Shown one piece after another: positions 23,811-35,350 of a stretch of 64,000 nt of DNA. The position numbers were made by a program, and so were the translations under genes. The stretch comes from Bdellovibrionales bacterium (GTDB taxonomy: Bacteria > Bdellovibrionota > Bdellovibrionia > Bdellovibrionales > JAKFYE01). How positions within the stretch are numbered: position 1 is the first letter of the stretch; every line of letters starts with the position of its first letter. The notes beneath the pieces are model-generated. The model saw nothing but the letters and a program-made list of their open reading frames with translations. It had not been told where the DNA came from and did not search any database. Where the stretch lies: positions 113,478 through 177,477 of the forward strand of contig CBDBKL010000003.1 in the NCBI GenBank assembly GCA_965206675.1, read 5' to 3'.

Positions 23811-24539
23811 ATGAAACTATATATTGAAAATATCAGTAAGACATATCAGGGACGTACGGTTATTGATGATGTCAGTTTAGAAATAAACCAAGGGCAAATT
23901 GTTGGGCTCCTAGGGCCTAATGGAGCCGGTAAGACAACAAGTTTTTATATCTCTGTAGGCCTTATATCCTCTGCTACAGGCTCTATTCGCCTAGGTGAGG
24001 AGGATATTTCTCAATTAGATATGTCAGAACGAGCCAAAAGGGGTATAAGATATTTACCTCAAGAACCCAGTATTTTTCGCCGATTAACAGTACGTGAGAA
24101 CCTTCAGGTGGCCCTAGAAGTGCAGAACTTTCAGGCCAGTAGAAGAAATGAACGTATTGAAATGCTGATTGAAGATTTTGGCTTAAGGGAAGTTCTTGAT
24201 CAAAAAGGAGAAACACTTTCTGGAGGAGAAAGACGTCGTGTGGAAATCGCCAGAGCATTGGCCTGTGAACCACAGTTTTTTTTCTTAGACGAGCCTTTTG
24301 CAGGTGTAGATCCCATATCAGTAGGAGAAATACAAAGTATGATAAAAAAAATGGCACAAAAAGAAATTGGGATTTTAATCACTGATCACAATGTGCGAGA
24401 GACACTTTCTATTTGTGACTATGCTTACATTTTAAATCAAGGACAAGTGCATATTTCTGGAACTCCTAACTATATAGCTGGGTCTAAAGAAGTGAGAGAA
24501 TATTATTTAGGTAAAAACTTTTCTTTTTCTAAGGAATAA
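23811..24539 (+). CDS. lptB: LPS export ABC ATPase
   Basis: GPNGAGKTT, YLPQEPSIF, LSGGERRRVEIAR, DEPFAGVDP, ITDHNVRE. Confidence 0.95.
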   Translation: MKLYIENISKTYQGRTVIDDVSLEINQGQIVGLLGPNGAGKTTSFYISVGLISSATGSIRLGEEDISQLDMSERAKRGIRYLPQEPSIFRRLTVRENLQVALEVQNFQASRRNERIEMLIEDFGLREVLDQKGETLSGGERRRVEIARALACEPQFFFLDEPFAGVDPISVGEIQSMIKKMAQKEIGILITDHNVRETLSICDYAYILNQGQVHISGTPNYIAGSKEVREYYLGKNFSFSKE

Positions 24540-24541
24540 GT

Positions 24542-25978
24542 ATGGCAGGTAATTTTTTAAAACAAAGTTTAAATATTTCTCAAACTCAGACGCTGAAGAT
24601 GACTCCTCAGTTACAGCAGGCCATCAAATTATTACAATTATCTCGAATGGAATTAGAAGCTGAAATTCGTAAGGAGATGGAAGAAAATCCTGTTCTGGAA
24701 GAAGTTCAAGAAATTCAAGAGGATCAAGAAAAAGAAGCCACAAGGTTAGAGTCTACTGAAAAAGTAGATACATCTGGACAAAATACAGACCCTACTAAAC
24801 AAGACGAATTTGATTGGGAGCAGTATGTAGAACAAAATCAAAAATCTCAAACGACAACGGGACACGGAAGTGGTTCCGATGAAATAATGAATTATGAGAA
24901 TATGATTTCTAATACACAAACCCTTCATGACCATCTTTTATGGCAGTTAAATTTAGCAGGTTTTAATGAAGAAGAGTTTGTCTTGGCAGCTATTCTTGTT
25001 GGTTACATTGATGATGATGGATATATTAGAACTCCTCTGAATCAAATTGCCGAAGAAGAGGGAGTTAAAGAGAGTGACCTTGAAGAGGTTTTACCCTTTG
25101 TTCACGAGTTTGATCCTGCGGGGGTTGGGGCTAGAAATTTAAAAGAATGTCTTTTAATTCAAGCTAAACATTTACAGGAAGATACGAATGACCTTGTTTA
25201 TCTTATAAATCATCACCTTAAGGATTTAGAGGGGAAGAATTATGAGGCCATAGCTAAAGCTATGAGGAAAGATTTAGAACTCATTATTGAGTTGAGTAAA
25301 GTTGTGCATGAAATGGAACCCAAACCGGGTCGAGCATTTATGCCAAATGACACTCAGTATGTCATTCCTGACGTGTATATTTACCAAGTCAGTGATGAAT
25401 ATGTGGTGGCTTTAAATGAAGATGGTTTACCCAAGTTAAAAATTTCAAATTTTTATAAAAATGCACTGAATGGTGGAGCCAAAGGTTCAGAGGAATATAT
25501 TAAAGATAAGTTACGTTCTGCTGTTTGGTTGATTAGATCTATTCAACAAAGGCAAAGAACAATTTATAAAGTGACAGAAAGTATTGTTAGACACCAAAGA
25601 GATTTTTTCGAAAAAGGACCTGCCTGTATTCGTCCAATGATACTACGAGATATTGCCAATGATGTCGGAGTGCATGAATCCACAGTCAGTCGTGTAACAA
25701 CCAATAAGTTTGTACATACGCCGAGGGGTACTTTTGAACTAAAATATTTCTTTAACTCGGGAATTCAGAGAACTAATGGGGAGTCTTTAGCTAGTGAATC
25801 TGTAAAACTAAAGATCAAAGAATTGGTAAAGGCAGAAAGTCCAAAATCTCCGCTTTCGGATCAAAAAATTGTAAATCTCTTAAAACAAGACGGCATACAA
25901 ATCGCTCGCCGTACTGTTGCCAAATACCGTGATATTCTTGGTATATTGCCTTCAAATCGCCGCAAAAAGCATTTTTAA
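24542..25978 (+). CDS. rpoN: RNA polymerase sigma-54
   Basis: QLQQAIKLLQL, HESTVSR, RpoN box ARRTVAKYR. Confidence 0.97.
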   Translation: MAGNFLKQSLNISQTQTLKMTPQLQQAIKLLQLSRMELEAEIRKEMEENPVLEEVQEIQEDQEKEATRLESTEKVDTSGQNTDPTKQDEFDWEQYVEQNQKSQTTTGHGSGSDEIMNYENMISNTQTLHDHLLWQLNLAGFNEEEFVLAAILVGYIDDDGYIRTPLNQIAEEEGVKESDLEEVLPFVHEFDPAGVGARNLKECLLIQAKHLQEDTNDLVYLINHHLKDLEGKNYEAIAKAMRKDLELIIELSKVVHEMEPKPGRAFMPNDTQYVIPDVYIYQVSDEYVVALNEDGLPKLKISNFYKNALNGGAKGSEEYIKDKLRSAVWLIRSIQQRQRTIYKVTESIVRHQRDFFEKGPACIRPMILRDIANDVGVHESTVSRVTTNKFVHTPRGTFELKYFFNSGIQRTNGESLASESVKLKIKELVKAESPKSPLSDQKIVNLLKQDGIQIARRTVAKYRDILGILPSNRRKKHF

Positions 25979-26103
25979 GGACTGTCGAAAAGGTATCATC
26001 TACTTCGTTGCAATCACTCAAACCTTCACTCCGACGTAGGAAAAACGACGCCTTTGCTCGGTTAGGCTTGAACGCCTCGTATCTGATACCTTTTCAGCAG
26101 TCC
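25979..26103 (+). repeat. ~125-bp palindromic MITE/ERIC-like repeat
   Basis: Terminal IRs GGACTGTCGAAAAGGTATCA / TGATACCTTTTCAGCAGTCC; starts right after the rpoN TAA. Confidence 0.9.
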
Positions 26104-26188
26104 GCAGATATAACCGAAGTGACATTGACGTATTAGCCGACTCCGATTACGGTTAGGACCATAAAAAGAGCGTCTAGTTGGAGGGGCG

Positions 26189-27340
26189 ATGAAGGATTAT
26201 CTTTTTACGAGTGAGTCTGTTTCTGAGGGGCATCCGGATAAGATGGCAGATCAAATAAGTGACTCAGTGCTTGATGCCATATTGGCTCAAGACACAAAGG
26301 CTAGAGTGGCATGTGAAACACTTATCACAACAGGCCTTGTTGTTGTGGCTGGGGAGATAACCACAGATTGTTATGTCGATATACCTCAAATTGTGCGGGA
26401 GACTATTAATCGCATTGGCTATGATGATGCGGGCAAGGGTTTTGATGGAAGTTCATGTGCTGTGATAACGAGCATTGATCGTCAATCTTTAGATATAGCA
26501 CAGGGGGTGGATGGAAATAAGGAGCAGGGAGCTGGCGATCAGGGCATTATGTTTGGCTATGCGGTCGATGAAACACCAGAAAAGATGCCATTAACAATAA
26601 GTCTTTCGCATAAAATTCTTCTGGAATTGGCAAAGCGTCGTAAAAAAGAAAAGGTAGATTTTTTAATGCCAGATTCAAAAAGCCAAGTGACGGTGGAGTA
26701 TGTAGATAACATTCCCCAACGCATTGATACCATTGTCCTCTCTACGCAACATTCCTCAGATGTTAGTCAGAAAAAAATTCGTGAATTTGTATTAGATGAA
26801 ATTGTTCCAAACTCTATTCCCGATAATTGGATTGATAATAAAACAAAGTTTGAGATTAACCCTACGGGGCAGTTTGTTGTAGGGGGACCAAAAGCGGACT
26901 GTGGTTTGACGGGACGAAAAATTATTGTGGATACCTATGGGGGGCACGGGGCCCATGGCGGTGGAGCTTTTTCCGGAAAAGACCCCTCTAAGGTCGATCG
27001 CTCAGCCGCTTATGCTGCTCGTAATGTTGCAAAAACTATTGTTGCAGCAGGATTTGCTAAAAAATGTCTTATACAAATCTCTTATGCTATTGGTATTGCA
27101 GAGCCTGTTAGCATTATGGTAGATCATTATGGGACAGGAACTGTACCGTCAGAACTTTTGGAAAAATCTGTTCGTCAGGTTTGGGATCTTCACCCGGCCA
27201 GTATTATTAAAGAGTTTGATTTATTAAAACCTATTTATGAAGAAACAGCTTCATATGGGCACTTTGGAAGGGACAAATTTACATGGGAACAAACACACCG
27301 TGTGAATGATCTAAAGGATGTTGTAAAAACATTGAGTTAA
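26189..27340 (+). CDS. metK: S-adenosylmethionine synthetase
   Basis: [27 protein letters not shown]. Confidence 0.97.
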   Translation: MKDYLFTSESVSEGHPDKMADQISDSVLDAILAQDTKARVACETLITTGLVVVAGEITTDCYVDIPQIVRETINRIGYDDAGKGFDGSSCAVITSIDRQSLDIAQGVDGNKEQGAGDQGIMFGYAVDETPEKMPLTISLSHKILLELAKRRKKEKVDFLMPDSKSQVTVEYVDNIPQRIDTIVLSTQHSSDVSQKKIREFVLDEIVPNSIPDNWIDNKTKFEINPTGQFVVGGPKADCGLTGRKIIVDTYGGHGAHGGGAFSGKDPSKVDRSAAYAARNVAKTIVAAGFAKKCLIQISYAIGIAEPVSIMVDHYGTGTVPSELLEKSVRQVWDLHPASIIKEFDLLKPIYEETASYGHFGRDKFTWEQTHRVNDLKDVVKTLS

Positions 27341-29139
27341 TGGATCCAAAATATATTAGAAATTTTTCTATTATTGCACATATTGACCACGGTAAGTCTA
27401 CTCTTGCAGATGCCCTTTTGAATTCTACAGGTACTCTTTCAGGACGTGAACAAAGAGATCAATTTTTAGATAATATGGATATAGAAAGAGAACGTGGTAT
27501 TACAATCAAAGCACAGACAGTGCGATTAACATACAAAGCTAAAGATAATCAGACGTATCAATTGAATTTAATTGATACTCCAGGGCATGTGGATTTTAGT
27601 TATGAGGTGTCTAGATCGTTAGCCGCCTGTGAGGGGGCTCTCTTAGTTGTGGATGCAGCCCAAGGTGTTGAGGCACAGACACTGGCTAATGTGTACTTAG
27701 CTTTAGATAACAATTTAGAAATTCTCCCTGTGCTAAATAAAATTGATCTGCCATCGGCTGATCCAGAGGGAGTTTGTCAACAAATTGAAGAAGCTATTGG
27801 GTTAGATGCTTCAGAGGCTATATATGCTAGTGCAAAAGAAAGTAAGGGGATCGAAGAGATTTTAGAAGGTATTGTTAAAAAAGTGCCGCCCCCCACTGGT
27901 AAAAGTGAGGCTTTGTTAAGGGCTATGATTTTTGACTCTTGGTTTGATTCTTATCAAGGTGTCGTTGTGCTTTGTCGTATTGTTGAAGGCTCGGTAAAAA
28001 AGGGGGATACAATTCGCCTTATGGCATCACAACAGGAATATGAAGTTTTAAAATTGGGTGTGTACTCTCCTTTTTCTAAGGAATTGAAGACTCTAGAAGT
28101 TGGAGAAGTGGGGTTTTTAATTTGCGGCATAAAAAATATTCGAGATGTTCAAGTTGGGGATACAATTACACATGCTAAGAATGGTTCAAAAGTTCCTCTT
28201 GAGGGATTTAAAAAAGTAAAACCAATGGTGTTTTCTGGCATTTTTCCTGTGGTGTCTTCAGAATATGAAAATTTAAGGGACGCATTAGAGAGACTTTGTT
28301 TGAATGATTCAAGCCTTTCTTTTGAACCTGAATCGTCAAAGGCATTAGGGTTTGGATATCGCTGTGGCTTTTTAGGCATGTTACATATGGAGATTGTTCA
28401 GGAACGTTTGGAGCGAGAGTTTGATCTCGACTTAATCACAACAGCTCCATCTGTTGTGTATAAGGTATATACGACAGATGGAAATATGATGGAAATTGAA
28501 TCACCATCTTCAATGCCAGAAAAAACACATATTGAGAGAATTGAAGAACCACTTATAATGGCTTCTATTCACACACCCAGTGAATTCATAGGGGGAATAT
28601 TAAAGTTATGTGAAATTAAACGGGGCCAGCAAATCAAATTGGAATATATCAGTGATAGTAAAGTGATTATTGTGTATAAGCTGCCTTTAAATGAAATGGT
28701 TATGGATTTCTATGATAAATTAAAATCTATTTCCAAAGGTTATGCCTCTTTGGATTATGAGTTTCATTCTTTTGAAACATCAGACATGGTAAAATTAGAT
28801 ACGCTCATCAATGGAGAGGTGGTGGACGCTCTGTCTTTGTTAGTGCATAAAACAAAGGCTTACCCTAGAGGTAGGGAATTAACTAAGAAAATGAAAGAGC
28901 TTATTCCGCGGCAGCAATTTCAAATTGCTTTACAGGCAGCTATTGGAACAAAAATTATTGCTCGAGAAACACTTGGGGCTCTTAGAAAAGATGTAACAGC
29001 AAAGTGTTATGGTGGGGATATCACTCGTAAACGTAAACTTCTAGAAAAGCAAAAAGCAGGTAAGAAAAGAATGAAACAAATTGGTTCTGTGGATATTCCT
29101 CAGGAAGCCTTTTTAGCGATTTTAAGGGTTGATGAATAG
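27340..29139 (+). CDS. lepA: Elongation factor 4
   Basis: [35 protein letters not shown]. Confidence 0.97.
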   Translation: MDPKYIRNFSIIAHIDHGKSTLADALLNSTGTLSGREQRDQFLDNMDIERERGITIKAQTVRLTYKAKDNQTYQLNLIDTPGHVDFSYEVSRSLAACEGALLVVDAAQGVEAQTLANVYLALDNNLEILPVLNKIDLPSADPEGVCQQIEEAIGLDASEAIYASAKESKGIEEILEGIVKKVPPPTGKSEALLRAMIFDSWFDSYQGVVVLCRIVEGSVKKGDTIRLMASQQEYEVLKLGVYSPFSKELKTLEVGEVGFLICGIKNIRDVQVGDTITHAKNGSKVPLEGFKKVKPMVFSGIFPVVSSEYENLRDALERLCLNDSSLSFEPESSKALGFGYRCGFLGMLHMEIVQERLEREFDLDLITTAPSVVYKVYTTDGNMMEIESPSSMPEKTHIERIEEPLIMASIHTPSEFIGGILKLCEIKRGQQIKLEYISDSKVIIVYKLPLNEMVMDFYDKLKSISKGYASLDYEFHSFETSDMVKLDTLINGEVVDALSLLVHKTKAYPRGRELTKKMKELIPRQQFQIALQAAIGTKIIARETLGALRKDVTAKCYGGDITRKRKLLEKQKAGKKRMKQIGSVDIPQEAFLAILRVDE

Positions 29140-29848
29140 CATGTCGCTTCGTCAGAAAGAATTTTTCATTATTGCAGTCATAGTTGGTGCCGTTTTGCTC
29201 TTTAGAGGTTTTATTATGGAACCTTATCTTGTGCGTGATACCACTATGTCGCCAAATCTTTTACCGAGAGATCATATTTTTGTCTCGAAAATGTCTTATG
29301 GCTTTCGCCTTCCTTTAACGCATATATATCTGGCTTTATGGAATACTCCACAGGTTGGTGATGTTATTGCCTTTAAACATCCTGAGGATGAGAGAAAAAT
29401 CTTAGTGCGACGAGTGCGTGGAGTCGGAGGAGATACCGTATATTATGAAAAAGAAGATTTATATTTGAATGGTGAACAGGCACAGAAAGTTGTTCCTTTT
29501 GATAACAATTGGCTTGAGCGTTATGGGCATGAGTTGGAGACAGATCCTGATGGTATGTTGGTTTTTAATGAAGAAATTTTAAATACCAGGGCACTGGTAT
29601 TGGTTGAGAAAGATTTTTTTTCTTTAGAAGTAGGTCCGCTTCGTGTTCCTGACCCTCAATTTTTTGTTATGGCGGATAACCGTTCGACAGGAAATGATAG
29701 TCGGTCTTGGGGCTATATATCTATGGAAGATATTTTAGGAAAAGTGTCTTTTATATGGCTTTCCTGTAAGACTCCCCTTCCTGTGATAGGTGTGTTTTGT
29801 CACCCGGGACAATTTCGATGGGAGCGTTTATTTTTAAAAGTTTTGTGA
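29129..29848 (+). CDS. Signal peptidase I-like protein with substituted catalytic residues
   Basis: S26 fold motifs (DNR..NDSR.WG), but box B reads [10 protein letters not shown] and box D reads LVRRVRG. Confidence 0.8.
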   Translation: MMNSMSLRQKEFFIIAVIVGAVLLFRGFIMEPYLVRDTTMSPNLLPRDHIFVSKMSYGFRLPLTHIYLALWNTPQVGDVIAFKHPEDERKILVRRVRGVGGDTVYYEKEDLYLNGEQAQKVVPFDNNWLERYGHELETDPDGMLVFNEEILNTRALVLVEKDFFSLEVGPLRVPDPQFFVMADNRSTGNDSRSWGYISMEDILGKVSFIWLSCKTPLPVIGVFCHPGQFRWERLFLKVL

Positions 29849-29894
29849 TACAAATCTTGCCTTGGGTGCTATGAGGGATTAATCTTTGTAAATT

Positions 29895-30629
29895 ATGGGA
29901 AAGAGAGTAAATAAAAAAGGAACATGGTTTGATGGAATGGGGTCTTTTGGGCTAGCCATTCTTGTGGCTCTATCTATACGCTGGGCACTTTTAGAAGCCT
30001 ACGTGATTCCGTCTAGCAGTATGTATCCGACACTGCTGATACATGATCATATATTTGTAAATAAATTGATCTATGGAGTTCGAGTTCCTTTTAAAAAAAT
30101 TTGGCTGGCAGAATTTAATGATCCTCAAAGGGGTGAGGTTATTGTCTTCAGATACCCTGTAGATGAAAATAAATTTTTTATTAAAAGAGTCATTGGTGTC
30201 CCGGGTGATAGAATAAAATATCTAAACGGACAGCTCCATGTAAATGATGAAGAAATTGACAAAGGAGAGCCTATTGATATCAGTGGGATGAATCATCTTG
30301 AAGATGAAGATTTTCTGGTTGGCTCAAAGGCTATGATGGATCATTATAGTGAGCAGTTAGGTGAGCACACTTTTTCTATTCTTCTGCGTAAAGACACGTT
30401 TCATAGAGATATTATGGAAATAAAAGTTCCAGATCATCATTACTTTGTTATGGGAGATAATAGGGATGACTCAAGTGATAGTCGCACATGGGGTTTTGTT
30501 CCGATGGATAATGTTTTGGGTCGGGCGGCCTTTATTTGGTTGAGCTGTGATAAACCTCTTCCTCTAGTGAATATGCTCTGTAATCCGTTAACGTTGAGAT
30601 TTTCTCGTTTTTTCAAGTTTGTCCATTAA
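29895..30629 (+). CDS. lepB: Signal peptidase I
   Basis: IPSSSMYPTL, FIKRVIG, GDNRDDSSDSR. Confidence 0.95.
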   Translation: MGKRVNKKGTWFDGMGSFGLAILVALSIRWALLEAYVIPSSSMYPTLLIHDHIFVNKLIYGVRVPFKKIWLAEFNDPQRGEVIVFRYPVDENKFFIKRVIGVPGDRIKYLNGQLHVNDEEIDKGEPIDISGMNHLEDEDFLVGSKAMMDHYSEQLGEHTFSILLRKDTFHRDIMEIKVPDHHYFVMGDNRDDSSDSRTWGFVPMDNVLGRAAFIWLSCDKPLPLVNMLCNPLTLRFSRFFKFVH

Positions 30630-31041
30630 TCACTTCCTTCAGAGAAAATATAAAAAATAGACAATAAAGAAGGTGATTCTATCGTTATAGAACTGGAATC
30701 CGGAGAAGAGTTCCGCCTCAATTAATAGGAGAAAAACTCTCCCTGAAATTTTCAATGCACCTACCAAGGTCTAGAGAGAAAAATAAAAATAAAATTTTAT
30801 ATCAGTGTTTTTAAACTTGGAGCCATGAAAAATATTTTCCAATAACTGCTACTTAGAGCGATCTATATGGCGAGTCAAAACTTTGGTTATGCTGTTAAGA
30901 ATCATTCAACTGATATACACATTTCTTAAATAAACCTTTATAATAAAATTATTCAAATGGAGCAAAAGCCCGAGTATCCAATAGCATCGGAATAAAGATC
31001 TCCAGATGAAAAAGATTTGGTTTGCTTAAGGAGAATAAACT

Positions 31042-31680
31042 GTGAAGTATGATAGATTGATAGAAAAATTAGCTAACTATTATACAGGCCAAGAATATGC
31101 CCTAGAGGTCAAAAGAGCCAAAAAAGATTTTTCATTGCGTATAGGACATATTGATAGAGGGGCAGAGCTCTATGATGAGCGAGCAGATCAGTTTCTAGAT
31201 TGGTTTTTGTTTTCCAGGCATATGAACGGAATGGACTACTCACCCATTGAAGATGCCCCAGTTAATAAGAAATTAAACCTTGATGAGAGTGAGCTTGAAG
31301 AATTAAAAAGTATCTCTCACTTTAGATATAGCTTGTTCCAGTTTTTAAAATTAAAAAAGCATGGAGCCCTTGTCCGAGATCTTTTTTCGGGAGAAAAAGT
31401 AATTATTAGTCACTCCGATATGCTTTGGGCATTTAGTGCAGATCAATTTTTTCAAGCCCGTATTATTCCTGATGGAGAATCCTATTGTCTTACAAGAGGG
31501 ATTTGCTTTCACCCCATTGAAGTGAAGAAATTTATTTCTAGTGAAATAAAAAGAATGAAAGTGAAAAGCAAAGAAGATTGCGAAAACTTTCTCTTTCTTC
31601 TATTGAATCGCAGATACAAAATGGAGTTATACAAGCACCTTCAGCCAGAAACTATTTATTCTAGTGCCGAGAGAATATAA
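31042..31680 (+). CDS. Hypothetical protein
   Basis: 212-aa ORF with AAGGAG RBS upstream of the ABC/pil genes; no recognised motif. Confidence 0.75.
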   Translation: MKYDRLIEKLANYYTGQEYALEVKRAKKDFSLRIGHIDRGAELYDERADQFLDWFLFSRHMNGMDYSPIEDAPVNKKLNLDESELEELKSISHFRYSLFQFLKLKKHGALVRDLFSGEKVIISHSDMLWAFSADQFFQARIIPDGESYCLTRGICFHPIEVKKFISSEIKRMKVKSKEDCENFLFLLLNRRYKMELYKHLQPETIYSSAERI

Positions 31681-31738
31681 AAACACGTGAAAAGTCCTTT
31701 TTATTGTCATCATCAATTGATTCTTATACGATTTAGTC

Positions 31739-32608
31739 ATGAATATTTTAACTGTTAAAAATCTTAAAAAAGGATTTAAAAGGGATTTTTGGAAAAAAAG
31801 AATAGAAGTACTAAAAGGAGTGAGTTTCGAAATTGAACAAGGAAAACTCACTGGTTTTTTGGGAAGTAATGGCTCAGGTAAAACAACAACTATTAAAGCC
31901 TTGTTAGGTCTCATTTTTTCTGACTCAGGAAGCGTTCATTTTTTTGACTCCCCCTTGTTAACAAAAGATATTCGCCGTCGCATTGGCTTTCTTCCCGAAA
32001 GACCCTGCTTTTATGAATATTTGACGGGCGTTGAATTTTTAAAGTTTCATGCTCAGTTGACGGGGATGAGTGTCGATAAAGTTTTACAAGAGAGAATGGA
32101 TGAGCTTTTTGAAATGGTCAATTTAACTCATTCAAAAGATAAAGCCTTAAAATCCTATTCAAAAGGAATGCTTCAGAGAATTGGTATTTTGCAAGCCTTG
32201 GTGCACGATCCTGATTTGATTATCCTTGATGAACCTATGGCAGGATTAGATCCCGATGGTCGCTCAAAAATCAGTGAAGTTATGAAAGGGATCAGCGACT
32301 CGGGTAAAACAATATTTTTTTCAAGTCATCTGTTACACGATGTAGAACTCATTTGTGATAACCTTGTGATTATAGGAAAGACGGGCAAAGTTATTTATCA
32401 AGGCTCAATGAAGGCCTTTTTGGAGGAGCTGCAATCAGGATTTATTCTCTATTATTTTTATAACGGAAAAGAACATAAGGAAACATTTTCCAATTTACAA
32501 GATCTTCAAGGATGCATTGATAAAGTACGAGGGCAACAGGGAATTATTCTCAAAGTCATTCCTGAGCGGCCATCTTTGGAAAAGGCTTTTTTAAATATAT
32601 CGGAATAA
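31739..32608 (+). CDS. ABC transporter ATPase (PilH-like, pilus associated)
   Basis: GSNGSGKTT, YSKGMLQR, LDEP, SSH; upstream of pilD. Confidence 0.88.
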   Translation: MNILTVKNLKKGFKRDFWKKRIEVLKGVSFEIEQGKLTGFLGSNGSGKTTTIKALLGLIFSDSGSVHFFDSPLLTKDIRRRIGFLPERPCFYEYLTGVEFLKFHAQLTGMSVDKVLQERMDELFEMVNLTHSKDKALKSYSKGMLQRIGILQALVHDPDLIILDEPMAGLDPDGRSKISEVMKGISDSGKTIFFSSHLLHDVELICDNLVIIGKTGKVIYQGSMKAFLEELQSGFILYYFYNGKEHKETFSNLQDLQGCIDKVRGQQGIILKVIPERPSLEKAFLNISE

Positions 32609-32622
32609 GTAAGGAAGTAAGA

Positions 32623-33393
32623 ATGACAAATGCCACTTTCCTAATAGCCAAGCATACTTTTAAGGAAATTATTAAGGATAGAATTTTATATGGGGTCATA
32701 CTTTTTGCTATTTTATTGATTTCCCTCAGCGTGGCATTGGGGCAATTGAGCTTTGCAGAGCAAACAAGAATATCTATAGATTTTGGCCTCGCGGGAATTC
32801 ATATTGGTATTGTTATTATTGCTCTGTTCGTCGGGGGAAGCTTAGTTTGGAAAGAGATTGACAAGCAAACCATTTTTACAATTTTAACCCGCCCCATATC
32901 TCGCCTTGAGTTTCTCATTGGAAAATACCTGGGATTGATAGCTGTTGTGGCAACACTTGTTGTAGCTCTCTCTATAGTGTTGTTTTTTGTGTGTTTGGGT
33001 TTACAATGGTCCTGGGACATAAATTTTGTTTATGCTTTATATGGGATTGTTTTGGAGGCCCTTATCCTTGTCTCTTTAAGTGTACTTTTTGGTTGCTTGT
33101 CGAAGCCTGTTCTTAGTGTGTTGTGTACTTTAGGACTTTTCTTTGTTGGACACTGGGTCAGTGAAGTAGATTATTTTGCATCTCAGAGTGAATCTAGTAT
33201 TGTTCAATATGTGGGGAAGGCATTAAACTTTATGTTGCCAAATTTAGAGAGATTTAATTGGAAATCAATGGTGACGTATGGGGATGTTATTGAAATAGGT
33301 GTCGTTGGGAGTGCCACTTTATATGCTTTAGGTTGGGTAATCGTTTTGTTTGCGATATCTTCGTTTGTTTTTGAAAGGAAAGATTTTATCTAA
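32623..33393 (+). CDS. ABC-2 permease (PilI-like)
   Basis: About 6 TM segments, EIDKQTIFTILTRPISR..GKYLG. Confidence 0.85.
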   Translation: MTNATFLIAKHTFKEIIKDRILYGVILFAILLISLSVALGQLSFAEQTRISIDFGLAGIHIGIVIIALFVGGSLVWKEIDKQTIFTILTRPISRLEFLIGKYLGLIAVVATLVVALSIVLFFVCLGLQWSWDINFVYALYGIVLEALILVSLSVLFGCLSKPVLSVLCTLGLFFVGHWVSEVDYFASQSESSIVQYVGKALNFMLPNLERFNWKSMVTYGDVIEIGVVGSATLYALGWVIVLFAISSFVFERKDFI

Positions 33394-34196
33394 TGACTCT
33401 TTTGGGAAATATTTATATCGATTGTGGGTTTATTCTAGGAATGGGAGCTATTTTAGGTAGTTTTGCTAACGTTGTTATATATAGATTGCCTGAGGGAAAG
33501 AGTGTTTTAGGGCCGGGAAGTCACTGTAGAAAATGTAAAACACCAATAAAATGGTTTGATAATATTCCTATTTTTTCTTGGTTTTTTCTTAAGGGGAAAT
33601 GCCGTACATGTTCGGAGAAAATTTCTTTTCGTTATCCTTTGGTAGAGATCATAATGGCAACTTTATTTTTGCTATGTTATCTTCAAGTAGGATTACAATG
33701 GGTTTTGATTGAGTATCTTATTTTTATTTTTGGATTAGTCGTTATTACCTTTATAGATATAGATCACTTTATTATTCCGGATACATTTAGTATTGGTGGC
33801 CTTTTAGTAGGATTAGTTGGTGCATACCTCAATCCCGAAAGAGGCCTGTTGGAAGCCAGTTTAGGTGTGTTAATGGGTGGTGGATTTTTTTGGGCTATTG
33901 CGTGGATTTACTATATTGTTCGAAAGCAAGAGGGAATAGGAGGGGGAGATATTAAGCTATTGGCTTGGATTGGAGCCGTTTTGGGCTGGCCCTCTATTCC
34001 ATTTATCATCGTTTCCTCCAGTCTGATTGGGGGAATTGCTGGATTATTGACCGCTTATAAGAAAAAATCAGGACTAAAGACCGTTATCCCCTATGGGCCT
34101 TATCTGGCTTTTGGTGCTGTTTTGTACCTTTTTGGGGGCTATCATTGGGGTTTTTGGTATTTAAGAATTTTCTTTCCATGGATGCAGTCTGATTGA
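33393..34196 (+). CDS. pilD: Prepilin peptidase
   Basis: GSFANVVIYRLP, two CxxC pairs, GGGDIKL, PYGPYL. Confidence 0.95.
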   Translation: MTLLGNIYIDCGFILGMGAILGSFANVVIYRLPEGKSVLGPGSHCRKCKTPIKWFDNIPIFSWFFLKGKCRTCSEKISFRYPLVEIIMATLFLLCYLQVGLQWVLIEYLIFIFGLVVITFIDIDHFIIPDTFSIGGLLVGLVGAYLNPERGLLEASLGVLMGGGFFWAIAWIYYIVRKQEGIGGGDIKLLAWIGAVLGWPSIPFIIVSSSLIGGIAGLLTAYKKKSGLKTVIPYGPYLAFGAVLYLFGGYHWGFWYLRIFFPWMQSD

Positions 34197-34285
34197 CATG
34201 TGATTGTCCCACAAGTTGTAATAATAACTAGAGAAATAAATATTTAAGGGGGAACAAAGATGGCTTCCCAGAAGGTTCATGGAAG

Positions 34286-35350
34286 ATGTTATTTGGGGCA
34301 CCAAAGGTCATAGGTCTAGATATTGGAAATGCATCGATAAAATTAGCTGAGCTAGATGTTAGTAAAAAAAGTGCCAAGCTAATTTCATTTGGTGTTGTCC
34401 CAACTCCATCCGGGGTTGTGAATGCACGTGGTGAACTATCAGACCCCTTGTTAGTATCACAAACTATTCAACAAGCTTTATCTCAAATTCAAACAAAAAG
34501 AAAAAGTGCAGTGGCCTCAGTGTGGGGTTCAACAGCTATGATAAAAAAAATCAGTATTCCCCAAAGCATGGAAGAAGAAAAATTATTAGCTGGGCAAGTA
34601 AGGTGGGAAGCAGAACAGTATATTCCGTATGATATTAGCGAAATCAATATAGATTATCATGTGCTTCAAAATCAGGGTAAGAATCAAGATGTCACTGACG
34701 TCTTATTAGTTGCAGGACAAAAGAGTCACATATTTAGTTTTGCTGAGGCGATTGAGTCATCAGGGTTAGGTTGTTGCGCTCTTGATGTTGGCGGTTTAGC
34801 GATTGCAAATTGTTTTGAATTTAATTATGGATTTGCCCCGGGTGAAGCGATTGCGGTTCTTGATGTAGGGGCCAGTATCACAAATCTTGTTATTGTAGAT
34901 AATGCTGAAGTTGTTTTCTGTAGAGATATTCCCGTAGGAGGGGGTAGTTTTACGAATGAAATTCATCAACAGATGGGTTTAACTTTGGAAGAGGCTGAAG
35001 CATTAAAACTCACTATAGGGTCAGGTTCAGTTCCTCCAGATGTTAATAACATTGTACAATCAACATGCGAATATGTATGTGAAGAGATACATAGAAGTAT
35101 AGATTTTTATAATACATCAATGACAGATAATCGCTCTATTCAAAAAGTTTATATGACTGGAGGTGGGTCATTAACTCCTGGTTTAAGGGAATCACTTGGA
35201 AAAACATTTAATTTGACAGTTCAGGCGTTTAATCCTTTTCAATCCATTGGATTTGATTCAAAAAAACTTTCAACGGATTATGTTCAGCAGATTGCTCCTT
35301 TTGTTTCTCTTGCAATGGGCCTGGGTTTAAGAAAAATGGGGGACGCATGA
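34286..35350 (+). CDS. pilM: Type IV pilus assembly protein PilM
   Basis: IGLDIG, EAEQYIP, LDVGA, TGGGS actin-like motifs. Confidence 0.93.
   Translation: MLFGAPKVIGLDIGNASIKLAELDVSKKSAKLISFGVVPTPSGVVNARGELSDPLLVSQTIQQALSQIQTKRKSAVASVWGSTAMIKKISIPQSMEEEKLLAGQVRWEAEQYIPYDISEINIDYHVLQNQGKNQDVTDVLLVAGQKSHIFSFAEAIESSGLGCCALDVGGLAIANCFEFNYGFAPGEAIAVLDVGASITNLVIVDNAEVVFCRDIPVGGGSFTNEIHQQMGLTLEEAEALKLTIGSGSVPPDVNNIVQSTCEYVCEEIHRSIDFYNTSMTDNRSIQKVYMTGGGSLTPGLRESLGKTFNLTVQAFNPFQSIGFDSKKLSTDYVQQIAPFVSLAMGLGLRKMGDA

Noticed and set aside
26104-26188. SAM riboswitch upstream of metK
   Set aside because: The leader is too short and lacks SAM-I/II consensus; only a plausible TTGACG-N17-TACGGT promoter is present.
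30630-31041. Long intergenic gap with GGAGA...AAACTCTC resembling a glycine riboswitch, or an ncRNA
   Set aside because: The core CCGAAG and CTCAGG elements are missing and the downstream gene context does not fit; an Rfam scan would settle it.
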